DNA of 63,256 nt, filler included, from Perkinsus chesapeaki ATCC PRA-425 (lineage: Eukaryota > Protista > Perkinsozoa), in the NCBI GenBank assembly GCA_013115145.1. It is 8 parts of 8 records of this genome, joined end to end, with 100 filler letters (N's around TTAATTAATTAA, not from the genome) between each part and the next. Parts side by side here need not be neighbours in the genome. Positions count along the whole stretch, not along the records: positions 25,586 to 43,463 come from JAAPAO010000677.1; 7 more parts are not named here. The stretch is one strand, 5' to 3'. Under the pieces are notes generated by a model that ran no database searches, was not told the origin of the DNA, and saw only the letters and a list, made by a program, of their open reading frames with translations. The position numbers and the translations under genes were made by a program. This document shows positions 25,906 to 39,400 of this stretch, piece by piece (positions within the stretch are counted from its first letter, which is position 1; each line of letters opens with the position of its first letter).

Positions 25906-28900
25906 ACCCCATTCCCCTTTTCACCCCTTTATTACTACCCAGCCACTTATGTGTGCATACCAGCACTGTCGAAAGCCATTTCGGGGGCATTCTTGCCTTA
26001 ATCTCATCCGTCACCGTCATATTAGCCAACTCCTCCGCAACAGATGAAGGTGAAGCATCCCCCACTACCGCACCCGTGGGCTCTCTTTTACGTAGCGGCT
26101 TGCTGAATGGTGCTATCTGAACAAGTTCACAATCGCTACTTCTATTCCACTTCATTTAAAATACGGTAATTGCTATTAGTTGAATATAATACTAACTGTC
26201 ACAATGTCACAATGCACATTAATAATTATAGTAAATGAATACAGAGGATACGACAGTGAATGTGTTCAATCGTAGATACGTAGCATAGCAAACGAAATTT
26301 CTGAGCCAACCCGAAACCTCCTTTTCCGAGCTCCTTTAGCCTCCCTTATAACCTTATATCCATCCACTATAACATCTCTAGGCTCCACATCACCATCCCC
26401 ACCAATCCTTAATAGCCTTATCAACTTATTACCAAATCCATCTACACCCATATCGGTTATCTGCCCTGATACCACTGATGCATTTGCATGTGTCAGACAA
26501 CACAGAACATGTGCCGCAATTCCTAACAAAAAGAACCAATGAGACCAAATCGCCGCTTCGTAGAATAACAAACAGATATATGAACTTATATATATTATAA
26601 CTTGATATATGAATATAACAGAGATATGAAATTTACGGTCATCGGCCTCTACTTGACATCTGTTAAGCACTTAAGCAGGTTCGAACAACTCAACTAGTTC
26701 CCATAATAATAGTACGTAGTTGGAGACTACAACTTGGAGTGTCCCTCAATTGTCTTCTTCACGGGTCCTGTTGCCATATACGTTGAAATTATATTGATTT
26801 TCCAAATATAAATGAATGAGTACTATAATAAATGTTCAATGATACAATATATCAACCAATACTATTCTTTACTCATTACCATAAACTATTCTATAGGAAA
26901 ATGTACCATAATATCACTATTAAATACTATAATGGCAGTACACATGACATCTCATCATTACTATTATATACTTATATTATTATTACGTATTATCCCCTCC
27001 GTTGATTTCTCATCCACAACTGCATTCAAGCAAACTCGAGCTATATGCCGACAGTTATGCTTTCCAAGGTCCTCTCCAGGCACGCCCCCATCCTCAGGCC
27101 CTATCAACATCACTTGATAACAAAAGTCACGCGCCTCAAAATTCCCACCTAATTTAATGAGCTTGTTTCCCGTAAGTCTAACACATACATCTGCAATATG
27201 CGTCTGTGCACTGATTGATTGCGTTCGGCCTTTTTCTCCAAGCACCAATGCTCGGGACATAACATCGCTGGCAACATCCTTACTGCACGCTATTACATCT
27301 TCTTTATCTGAGGTAACCGAAAGGTCCCGGGTTCAAATCCACGACGAGGTGTTCACCGAAAATTAATAATTTAACAGAATTGAAAAATAAATTAATAAAT
27401 GTAGTTAGTATTACATATGTGACACGTATTTAATATACAACTATTCAGTCCAAATGAGGCACAGATTGGGGCACCATCAGAACCCTCTGAACGCTCAGAC
27501 ATCAACACTAAGCAATCACAGTAACGCATTCTATGCTTCACCACCACCACCATCATCACCCAGTAACATAGCTTTCTATTATACTACTATGACTTTTACT
27601 ACAACAACTATGACAATACATATTTCCATCGACTCCTCTATATTATCTTTCTATTATATTAAACTAGTACCCTTTTAGTACCAGCATAAGGCTTCCATTC
27701 ACCACCCTTCTCCTCCAGCGCCCCAGCCATATCTTCTATATATTCATCCGCTCTCCTATTATCCTCCTCCTCAATAGGATTAGGACTTCCCTCATCTCCC
27801 GCCGTTGTTTCCTCGCCCGCCACTCCATCACGAGCCTCCTCCACTGTGCTGCTTTGTTGTTGTGGTGAATTAGTCGATTCTACCTCGCTCAGCTGTGGTG
27901 GTGCAGCTGGCGGCCTTCGAGCAGTCGGTTGATGTGGTGTTGACATGGGAACTGACATCAGCGATATAGTTATCGACTGTTGATTATGCCCACAAGCACT
28001 GCTGCAAGAACGATCTAAGCAGCTGTGCTGATATACGCCTTCCTACTAATGTATCCTTTCTTAATCCACTATCCCATATAGAAACTTAATTTATTAATTA
28101 AGTTCATTAACGGAAATTCAAGGCTAATTGCTCCATAATATGATCCGACATAATCCCACGTATTAAAAACCAACTGACAGCTTCACAACTACCCCATGCA
28201 AGTTCGTCTACATAACACCTCTTTTCATACCAACTCTCCTCCCCCCATCACCTCTGGCCTCCTCGTTTCCTGTACTATTCCTATCCCTACTACTCGCATC
28301 CTCTGGTGAGCTCGGTCTCGAGCCAGCTCTCAACAGAGACCTATCTGGCTCCAATACGTGTGTTAACGCCTTCAATAGCGATGCTGCTGCCTTTGCCGGT
28401 ATGCACTCGATAACCTATTAGCGTTGAGGAAATGCAAGATAGCAATATTTCGCCTTCCTACCGAATCATCCCGCCACTTTGACACAAACGAAGCCGCAAA
28501 CGTATACTGCAGCGATGATACCAACCCGATCGTATCTACCGTAATAATTATTTCACTGCGCCACGAAATTAAACCCCACTGAATTCCAACAGAGGCCTCA
28601 TCTTTGCCTTCTGTTCCTCCTTCACATACGGCCCCAAGCTCTGATTAGGCCGACTAAGCTCCGCAGTGATAGCGGCATTATGAAGCCTTTTGACACTAGT
28701 TGTCCTCTCAAACCACCAAAGGACATGTTGGACTGTTTCCGATAATACCAAGGAGGCACCTAAGAGGATATCATCATAGGTATCCTTATTAGTGGATTGT
28801 TAATAATACGAAACGTCTTCTGCAAGTTGTCAGACTGAAACTATAGCAGACATTACAGTCCATATCCCCTTAATTATTTTCGATACATAATATGCTCAAG

Positions 28901-31900
28901 CATTCACGATGACACCAACGATACAGCTGGATAGTCAAATAACTCATTTTCTGTACTATTATCAATTCCATAACAAATTCCGGAGAAGTTCATCGCACCA
29001 ATCATTCCCGTCAAAAACCCCGACTCGGGAAGTATAACGGAAAGCTACGAGCCAATCACGATCTACTGTATACGCTGTTGTAATATAAAGTACATACTAT
29101 ATATCCGATACTAGAAATATAAACGTCTATCCGAAGGAAACTTTACTGTGAAAAATGCCATGAAGATCCCCTCCTGTCACTACCATCAGCGCTGATGCTG
29201 CTGGTGTTTCCCTCTTGTTGTAACATATTCAATGATGACAATAAAATATCCATTAATAGGTCAGCTCCACCTAGCTTATAGAAGGCATCCAAGCATAAAG
29301 AACGTATCATATGATGACGGTCTTCAACATGCACCTTACCTGAGAAGGCACCACCCCAATTAAAGCTGCTGCAGCAAATATAGGTAACCGAGTGATGATA
29401 GTGGAATATTTATGATACTTTTTATATTACTAGCAAAGTAGTATTCGCCAGTATAATTAGTGATATTAATTACAATTGACTCGTTTTATGTTACAGAACC
29501 TACCGCCACCTAAGGTAGATAGACTACCTGGTAGATTGACTACTAAGTCTATACGGCGGGCAGAGAATACATAGGCATCCGTAATAACGTTAACCATGCT
29601 ACTAACCGTCTCAGAGACCCGAGTTCGATACCCAGTAGAGGCACTTACATAATAGCTCGACTACATCTGCCATAAGATGTATGTTGTGATGCCCCCCAGT
29701 AGGATCCATGGTCACTTTATCGTCCAAATCTGGGTACTGAGGAAAAATCTACTACGGTAATCTGAACGCAGTACAGCCGAAACGAAAGAATTATCAGCTC
29801 AGTTCGTTAAGCATAAAGTCTATCAACCAGAAGACCGTCAGTTCGATCCCTACCGGTAACAAAGCCGTCTCTAACATCTTCCTTCCCATCATGCCCAACA
29901 GCAAGGCACAATGCCGAGACTGTATCGATACCGTTACTCTCATCACACCACTATCACCTAATAATACTAAGATACTAAATACCAGCAGCAGGAGCAGAGC
30001 CCTATGCCTACCTTGAGCTGCCTCTGGTGCCGCTCTCGGTTGACCTCGGCTACGGCTCAAGGTCCGATGGGGATAGTTAACTACTCTACTGATCTGAAGA
30101 GGATAACAACGATCACATAAATGCAGCATGGACCAGATCTCTTTAGCCTCTTCCTTAATGCACAAGCCATCCTTAAAAATAAAAGGCATTTAATAACTAT
30201 TGAAGAACTTGCACTTAAGTAGCTAACGTTATTGTTCATTATTTTTACTGCGTTTCATTATTGACAGCATATCTCAGTGCCTTGATGCGATTCACCTAGT
30301 TTGGCAAATTATTCGGTCGATTTCAACTATCACTGTTGCGCTTTCAGCCCCTTCCAGAATACGTTCGAAACGAGGAAGATTTTCGCGATTAACTTCTGTG
30401 TAATACTACCAACAAAAAACCTATTATCTAATCCAAATGAAAGCCCCAGTCAAGAAGCCAGTTTTGTTCAGACAAGTCGATTGCAGCTGACTATAACCTA
30501 GAGTCTTTCTTGAAGGTAAATGAATGACACTATTATAGTTACTTTGTTCGCAAAAGAAGCAGCAGAGACGACAATTTCGATGTTCTGTAGAGACAGGAGA
30601 AGCGGTACTTACCTGTGACAGCAATACACGTGCTGATAACCAACAAGTCAAAGCCGTATCCAAAGCAATACTGTAGTCCGGTGAGGCCTGATAGAAACAT
30701 ATCTTAGCTTCAAGCGTGCATTAAACATACCAAACGATCCTTCATCTGTTGCATACAAACATTAAACTGAAAATTGAACTGATCTGCTGCGTGTGGTCCT
30801 CCCTGAAGGCCACATTCCATCATAAAGCTAAAGCACTCATTCCTACTGGTGGAAGCGACAGTCTTGTTCGATGCGCCGATAGCTCCGCTGCCAGACTTGC
30901 CATATGCCTTTGCTGTAGGTTCGCTGAGATCATACAGCTGTAATACTAGAGCACGGCTAATAGAACATTCACCCACTTCCCGTTCTAGTTCAGCGAACTT
31001 TCTATACAAGAAAAAGTGGCGGTCTGCTGGTTAAGATAATACAATTGCCACATTTCCGAAAACGATTTCCAATTCCCCGATTTCCCTTCTAATAGCCGTA
31101 ACTGTTTATACTATCGGAAATGGGGCGTTGTTAGTCGAGACACGAGCTGTGTCACAGTAATCTACGTTTCCACTTTCTGACTTTCATCATTCTGAGATTT
31201 CCTGAAGGCTCCTTGGAAATGTCCAAATAACATTTCCGTTGAATTTAAGTGCAACAATTGACAATCCATAAATGCATTGATCTTATTGATCGCTAAATCT
31301 TTCACAGAATTGGAGTGGACCAGGTTTAGATCATGTACGTCACCAGTAAGTAATATCATCCGTTGAATATTAACAATAGTAATTATGAGACTTACAACAA
31401 GATACTATCACAGTCTACATCCATACTAAGACATGTTCCATTGTAAAGTATTGCCGTCACCAGGAATCGAACAGACGTTATTACTGGCAGCCGTTTTAAC
31501 CGCAGCACGATCCTTTTCCCTTTGCGCTTCCCTGTCGCTCCTCTCCGATGGCGATAATTGTGAGTTTACAGCATACTAACACCATGCCTATCTCGAAGCA
31601 CATCAGCAGACCATGGGCTTACCAAAAGGTCAGTAAGGAAGTCGGTTTCCACTACCATTACTCTTAGGAGCTCAGCAAAGCATTCAACTGAGGAAGAGAC
31701 AGACGGATAGGATTTTCTCAAAGTTGATCTCTCATTGATAAATTAACACGCCATCACTGGAACACATGATACACAATAGATTCAATCTTCTACGAGTTCT
31801 ACCCAGGTTAACAATCTCCCCTATTACCAGTCTCTTCGTGCAAGCTAGAGCTGCTATCCCTCAATGCCGTTGCCAACAGCGACATCAATGTCCCCACGTT

Positions 31901-33650
31901 ATGCCATTTATCCTCGCGCGACGCAGTGCTATCCCGCAATATACCAACAGAAATATCAACAAAAGACTGTGGCCATTTGTATCTAATCGATCAGGACGTA
32001 TCCGAATCAACCTCCGAAGAATCTTTTTTACAGTTTGTATCCTCGGACCGAAAGGAGCTCAGCATCACTCGAGGAATCTGCGCTGTAAAACTGAGTGTGT
32101 CGGGCATGATGCTGATGGTTGAAGTGTGCCACTTGTTTGACCAGCGTTAGGATCTAAAATAGTAGAGGAACAATCTGCTGGTATTAAGCTGCCTATCAAA
32201 CTTTCAAAAAACTGCATTGTCTGAGCAATGGGCGGCGCAATATGACCGAGATTGATCTGTCATTACTTCATGATGCAAGACAAAGGCAGCGATGATACAC
32301 TTCATTAACAGTACATGTTCCACAACCGATTCAGAACAAGGCTTACTGGATGTCCGTATGTCATATGCCCCCAACAGACAGGAAGCTTATCGCTGATAGC
32401 CGCCATAGCTATCTGCTCCATGCCACCAGCTTCGACGAAGAGGCAGGAACTATCCAAACCGTCCAGTACTCGGTCCACTATATAGCTGACAAAAGGTATC
32501 TTATAAGATACTTCAGAGGTCGAATTACCGGCATGCATTAGCAAGCTCATCAACATATGCATTCCGGACCAAATCAATATAAACAGGTTCTCCTTGATAG
32601 TTCCTAGGCCCTATAGCCTCCGACGAGGCCATCTCTTTCGCTACCGATCGTATGGTCTCATCAGACCAAGTACGAGCAACATCTACTAATAACAATGTGA
32701 AAGCCCTCTACTACCAGATTTTACCTTCGTTATTATTAAAATATTCATTTATCATTTTAAGCATCTTAACCGAGTTAGATATAGTCCTTCCATGTGACCT
32801 TTCCGACTCTGGTGTCTGGTCTCTGAGCTCTATCATAACTTCCTCAGCCAAAGATACGCCTCTTCGAGCTGCCGCCTGGACTGTGGTAGATGTTATTGGG
32901 CCCATCATGATGGGTAACAACAACACAGGTATCACTAAGAATAGATGACATCAATCCGACCTAAAGATACGCATAAGTAGAGATTGAGGAATCAGTGAAG
33001 ATTCAGAATAGGTTGATTGAACAACTCCTCGTAACTCAACCTATATTAGATCTACAGCTAGTCGTACCATTTAAGATACGTTGAGGTTGAAATACTGACC
33101 CTCGAGTCCTGCTAAGATATTTCTCCCGTCCAACCTCTTCAACCTCCTTAGTTCGTCAACTCAAAACGAAACACAATAGCAATAAGAGAACACGGAATTA
33201 TTCGGACAATTTCAACTTGCACTGTCTAAAAATAAGAATCTTGCAGATCTTGCTTTCTTGAATCTCCTCAGCGCCACCTTAACTGCGCAAGAAGTACTTT
33301 AAAAGATTCTAAAGCAGGTTGACTCGGCTCACTGAATCTTATGCGGCTTTCATGATGTATTTGATCTTTATTATCCCTTTACTTCTTCTATCGTACCCCC
33401 ACAACTAGTGCTGCATGTTGCCTATCAACTTTGAATACGTTTAACCTTGCCGAATCTTAATATTGCATTTTGCTTTTCTACGGACCTTAGTGAATGCTAT
33501 AAATAACCTTATTATTCTGAGTATTATTATCGCTTCCATCATTTGTTTCGTCTATTACTTATTTAACGCTATAATGAAGGGTATTACTGCCATTTTTCGG
33601 TTGACACTGTCTATGGTGCGACCATATTTCGAGCGCTGCCGTAATTCCAT
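25900..33650 (-). CDS. Large multi-exon gene, possibly the ARM-repeat N-terminal region of a HUWE1/UPL1/Tom1-like HECT E3 ligase
   Basis: LFVEAGGMEQIAMAAISDKLP, LCLDAFYKLGGADLLMDIL and MELRQRSKYGRTIDSVNRKMAVI resemble DUF908/913 segments; an acidic low-complexity stretch follows. No HECT domain is visible, so this is inference. Confidence 0.4.
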
Positions 33651-34026
33651 TACTGAATAGCTAGAGGTGTCAGTATAATAATGCCTCACTAGTCTTATTT
33701 ATTCTGGCCCCTTTAATGAGGATTCTTATCTTTTACTTGATAGCTTCAGCGCCTCTGGTCTTCACCACTAAAATCGAGGAAAAGGTAGGCTAATATCGAG
33801 CGCATGTCGTCTTTGTTTAACTAGGCAACTTATAGTAGATGGAATGCACTAGAGTCTGCCGCCGCTAGTTTGAAACCACTCTTACATACGCCTGAGCGAT
33901 TTATATTACCTCTTATCTACATTTATATATCTTTATATCAACTTTTATATACATTTATATATCCTTATATACATTTATATATCTTCATATCAACTTTTAT
34001 ATACATTTATATATGAAATAAAGAAA

Positions 34027-35348
34027 ATGATGGAGTACAAGGTTACAAAAGTCTCCGGATTTATAAATCAAACGGTTTGATTGAGAAGTTCTAAATAATA
34101 ACGTACTAATATATGTTTCGTAACCTTGCCTGTTAGGGTCTATTCGACCACTTCTTCGGTGGGCTTTTCTCCCGCACCAAAAAGACTGTCGATGACTCGG
34201 CTCGTGATGTCATTGCATCCGCCAAGTCCATGAAGGATAATGCAGGCGATGCTGCCATCAGTGTCAAAAATGCTGGCTCCGCAGTGATCAGTAAGTCGTG
34301 AACACATGGTAAGTCGGATTCTTGTCTATAGGTGATGGGCGAGATACTCTTGAAGATACCGCTGAGGTAGGCAGGTAGGAAGTGTGGTTTATTATTAGCA
34401 AATCACAGTGCTGCGTTAAAACATTGAAAACATATCGCCCTTAGAAATAACCATCTTTAGCAAACAACTTTATTACTCTTTGTAGGATGTTCAAAGCCGT
34501 GCTGTGGTTGCAGGGGACAACCTCAGTTCCAGAGCTGGGAGTAAGTCTTTTTATAAATCATCCCATTTGTAGGGTTTTCATTTCAGATCTCTTCAATAGG
34601 GCATCTGATCTAGCTCAAGGTGAGTAGCATCGATCATCGTTCCTAGCTTTATGGCTATTTCATCAGGCCATGCAACTCGCGCAATTGCCACCGGTCGACG
34701 TAGGCAACTGTTCTTCCGTTTGGGTATGTAGTTGCCGTATCAGGTGTGCTTGATAGAGCTGGTGCAGCCTTACAGACGGGATTGACTTTGGCTCAAGATA
34801 GGGCAGGTACGCTCAGCGTCATTCCGATCCTTGGGTAACATTGCTGTGTCCGAGACGTCCGGACTCTCGGAAACGTTCCACCGCGTTACGGAAATTTTCT
34901 GCATTCTTTCCATCGTCGCGGTTTCCTTCGGCGCGAAAGTTACGCTAACTTGCGCTGAAGCAAGTTGTCCAACACCTCCACGATGGGTGCAAAATTTCTG
35001 CTTGTAGGAGCTGCAATCGATCGGGTACAGAGTCGGGCAGATAGCATCAAAGATAACCTCAGCAATCGCTATGTAGGGTCACAGGTTCGATCCCGGGTTG
35101 TGATATTATTTTGCCAGGACGAGTTCATGTTGCCGTCGTACAGGACGGACTTATCGCAAGTTCATGACTTCTTAGGTGTAAGTGAGGCGTGGTCTGAGGT
35201 TAAATCAAGTTGCTCTATCAAAGAGGTTGGAGTTAATCATCATAAGGCATAAGGCTAACTGCATTTTTTAAATTCGCCAAGGCCTTGGAATATTGTGGAG
35301 GAAATAAGCGGAACTTTTCGCGGAATTAGCGAAATACTTCCTTCCTGA
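34027..35348 (+). CDS. Hypothetical LEA-like amphipathic-repeat protein built from many tiny exons
   Basis: In-phase exons MMEYKVTKVSGFINQT/GLFDHFFGGLFSRTKKTVDDSARDVIASAKSMKDNAGDAA, DVQSRAVVAGDNLSSRAG and VLDRAGAALQTGLTLAQDRA, with GT-AG introns. Confidence 0.55.
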
Positions 35349-36493
35349 TTCTGAGAGCACTGCTGAAATCGCTGTTGCTATTTGTATTTTTATTGCAGCT
35401 GTTTGAGCTTTGAGTCTCATCCCTTCTTAGAGTGGCGATGACGATATATGGCAGGATACTTCCTAAGCCGCTGCTCCTCCTCCTGCTGCTGCTCATATCG
35501 CTTTTTGTAATTATGTGACATGTTTGCTCATCCCCATTGCGTGTCTCCTGAATGCAGCCTTGTGTTATTAATTATTGCTCTATTGCTTGACTGAGCCAAT
35601 CGCTGCAGCCGAAGAGAGCTATTATTATTGTTAAGGCGGCACTCGCTTTCTACTTTTCTCTGAGTCATGCCTAGTAGGCCAGATACATCACTATTGCCAG
35701 ACTTCTTAGCCTTGTAGTTGCTACTGTAATTTATCCAAGTGGAGTAACAAGAAGCTCCAGTGCATTATTATGTTGTTGATGATATACTAACCAATCTCCA
35801 ACAGCAGCTTTTCTTATCCAAGCCCCTTCCTATGAGCCCCTTACTATTGCTTAGCTTGTACTTTGTAAGCATGTCATCTAGTATTAAGGTAGGTTGGCCT
35901 ATTGTCAGTCGTCGGTTCAGCTACTGGTGTCAGATGGAGGCGTCGGCCAAACCAAGCCAACAAACAGGAGTAGTCCGATTCAACGGGGACATCCTGGATC
36001 GCGGCGGAGTAGGTCATTGGCATTCGCTGAAAGAGCTCACCTTCAGAGCTTCTGGCCGGGCGATCAGAACTTCGAGATGCTGCTACGTCATGCAGGCAGA
36101 TAAGCGTCACCATGCCGCTCTTCATGTTGATGTTGTTCTTCCCCTCTTGTGACCATTTTTCTGGGTCATTGTTGTGTTGTCCTTTCTGGTAGTACGCTTT
36201 TTCTATTAGTTTGTGCCCCTTTAAAATGGATGCCTATTTTAGGCTTCTATATTACATCATTTTCATATCACTCGTTGATGCCTTAACTGAGTAAGTCTCT
36301 AGTTTACCTGTAACGTGTATTTATTTACGAATGATGGAAAAACTCAATTGTCTGTAAATGTAATGTAAATTATAAAGCAAAAATGTAATTTTTAAATAAT
36401 CTTGTAAGCCACAAGCCATTCCCAGTGTAGTAAATATTATCGATCTTTTAATGCTGCTCACTGTCAGGCTCTCTCGGATATCTCTTCATCCCC

Positions 36494-39400
36494 ATGGCCT
36501 GGATTTCGTAAGTCCTCCTCCTCCTCCTTCATGACTATTGTTGTTGCTCTTCAGAGTCTCCTGGAGATCAGTCTTCATACTAAGCTCAGCGCTGAGGTGA
36601 GAGCTCTAGGGTCTCAGGCAGTTATACAGTGCCACTTGTCAGGGCCTTTTTTCCGGGCTGTTCACCGAGGCTGATGTGGCCAGGATAACAGGACGGTCCT
36701 CATCGGAGGAGATGGCGAATGCTGGAAGGGTAAGCTCGATTGTGGGGTGTGTAGGGGCGCTGTTTTTTTTAGAAAAGGTGTCAGAATGGTACCAAATATG
36801 ACTGAAGTATTATTCCTTAATAGTCGTAAATATCTGGTCGATCTTAATATTGATGTACTTAGGATTTTTATAATTATTTATTTATCCCTTTTCTCAAGGC
36901 TAAGTTGTTTATCTCGACAATTGAGCTATTCTTTATGTTACTCCTCTCTCAGGGCGGTGATGGGTCAGGAATATCCTCGAGCAACCGCCAGCCAGAGCGA
37001 CGCCCTGGGGGCCCGCCGCCCCCGGTGGCTAGTACGGGAGGATCGCCTTCGAATTTAAGGGAGGGAGGAAGCGCCGCGGAGTTCCCGGAGGACATTGATC
37101 CGAATCATGTAGGTGAAAAATGCGGGGTGTGGGATTCGAACCGGGGACCTCTCAGAACGTCAATAACAACAACCTGGACTTCCACGGTTTGGACTACTGG
37201 AAGGAGGGCGAGCCTTATTACCGTGCCACGCTGAAGTGGCCGTTCGACCAGGGACAGATATGCGAATTAGGCGGAGCGAAGCATCGCATCTTAATAAATA
37301 AAAACCAGAATAAGGTCTATTACGACTGTCCTGATGGAACTCGGGGGAGTCGACCAGCGGACGTTGTTGGCGCAGAAGCCTTGAAGAAGTTCACCGATGA
37401 GAACAGCTGCAGTGGAGCTTTCGAGGCGATGGGCCTGCCGAGTGAGACGAAGCCTATCAGAGCAGTCCTCGACTTGTGCATCAAGTTGTTCGGGGCGCAG
37501 GATTCTGGATACAGTGAAAGCATGGAGGATAAGGTGAGACTGAGGATGCGCTGGAGAGGGGAATGCAGTGTCAGGACTACGGTAGAGCCCCTCGGCAGTC
37601 TGAGTAGCTATAAAGGAGAGGATTGCTGCTGCTGCTGTTGGTATTAGATATTGTATGTTTTATTCATGTTCCTTGTTCACCTTTCATGGAGTTGGTTTGT
37701 TAGAATGGGTGCGGGTGGGTGGAAGTGGTTTGGAAATAATTAAGTATTATTCAATCGGTGTTTGGGTTGGTTCGTTGACTGTTGTAAATTTACGTACGGG
37801 AGATGTATTTTCGAAGAAGTTCATGGATCCGGGTTCGGCCGATAACACCTCGGCTAAGATCGATGCCAACTTGGTAAGTTTCAACATATACCGTTTTCAG
37901 ATGTATAGGAGCGTGATAAATATTCTATCTCAGTGATAGGTGTGGAATATATGTCATTCGATAAAAGAACTCATCCAGGGATGGAGTACAACCTTCCCAC
38001 ATCTTAGCCGATACCACACAGGCCCCTTTTAATCGCTTCTCAATGGTATCATCTGCTACCTTGTACGCTTCCCTTCTGAGTGTCTCAGCCGTCGCTCAGA
38101 AATTCGGCACGTAAGTCTCTTGGAGCAGCTCGTTTTGAGCAGCTCGAGTTTCCTATCAGGTCCTGGCTAAACAGCATTAATGCTCTTCGCTGCATGCACA
38201 ACGCCGGTCCGCTGGCCTGGGATGAAGAGCTCGCTCGTCTGTCCTCGGACCATGCCAGGCTGATGGCTGCTGAAAGGATGGGTGTCAATGCCCATCCCCG
38301 TCTGGAGCAAAAGAGCCTTCGCCCTAGAGTAGAGTTGCTGGTATCCTACAGTGGAAAGGCCAGTCCACAGTGCCGTGTGGGTGGAGATGACAGCTTCAAT
38401 GAGCACTGCGCTACTCTGTCGTGGTACGTGCAGTATGACGAGTTCTGGAAGAACGCTGGCAATCGCTTTGGTTGGGCTGACCCGGTGTTTAAGGGCCAGA
38501 TGGGCAACTTCTTCACGCTGGCTTTTAAGGGCTTCGATCGTGTGGGATGCGGCAAGTCTGGCGAGAAGTATGTCTGCCAATTCGGAAACAGCAAATGCAA
38601 CAGACTTGATGATGCCGGATGCAAGGCGAGGAATCCCGGAGCGATGTCTAACTGGTTCCGTACCACTTGTGGGGAGTCTGATCCAGCGGCCTGTGTCGAA
38701 CCTAGAGATGAGAGCAAGAGAGTTCAGTGTGGGATGGAGGCTGATTTGGTAGGATGGCTTTTATTCCTATTAGTGTTGGAAAATGAGACTCGTCGGGCAT
38801 TTGTTTAATCATCTTCGCAGTGTTATTTTCCATTCTCCACCTTCATCTTTTTCGATAAAATCAACTAAGTTCGAAAGTGTCGGATTTGTTATTTCCATTA
38901 TCAATACCAAGCAATTGGTGCTATTCAGGCCCAGCCCTACTCAGCTGCCGAGGGAGCCTTCAGCACTGTAAGTCTGCATAAAGAGGCTGCTCGTCATTTC
39001 TAGGCTACTGCGTGCAGGCCAATCACGGTGGTGGATCTGGTGGAGTCTCGGCATCTGAGAAGGAACCTGCCCGAGGTGGCTCTGAGGTAGATTGTGCAAT
39101 AGTACAGTATTAGCAGCAGTATTGTTTCAGGGATCTGAGCGGAAGAGTGAGGGCAACAGTCCTCCGCCTGCAGCGGCCAGAGGCTCTCCTTTCTCCAGCG
39201 AGCCGAGGAAGGAAGGAGGATCTAGAGAGGAGGTAGGGTTATTAATTAGAGGCATCACTGTGAACGGTGAGGTGGTTGTTCAGGGTAGTGAAGGAGGACC
39301 ATCGGGCTTCAGTGGCAGCACTGAGCTTGAGGTGAGATTGATTATTGAGTAGTTTGGTAGGCAGTAATATATTTAGGGAAGGGGAGCCCCTCCGGCAGAA

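Noticed and set aside
31452-31476. tRNA 3'-end-like TTCGATTCCTGGTGACGGCA
   Set aside because: It lies in an open exon-like frame (NNVCSIPGDGN) and lacks GG before TTC, so it was not counted among the relics.
34787-34797. TTTGGCTCAAG as a relic spliced leader
   Set aside because: Only 11 nt, and it lies mid-exon encoding TLAQD rather than at a gene's 5' end.
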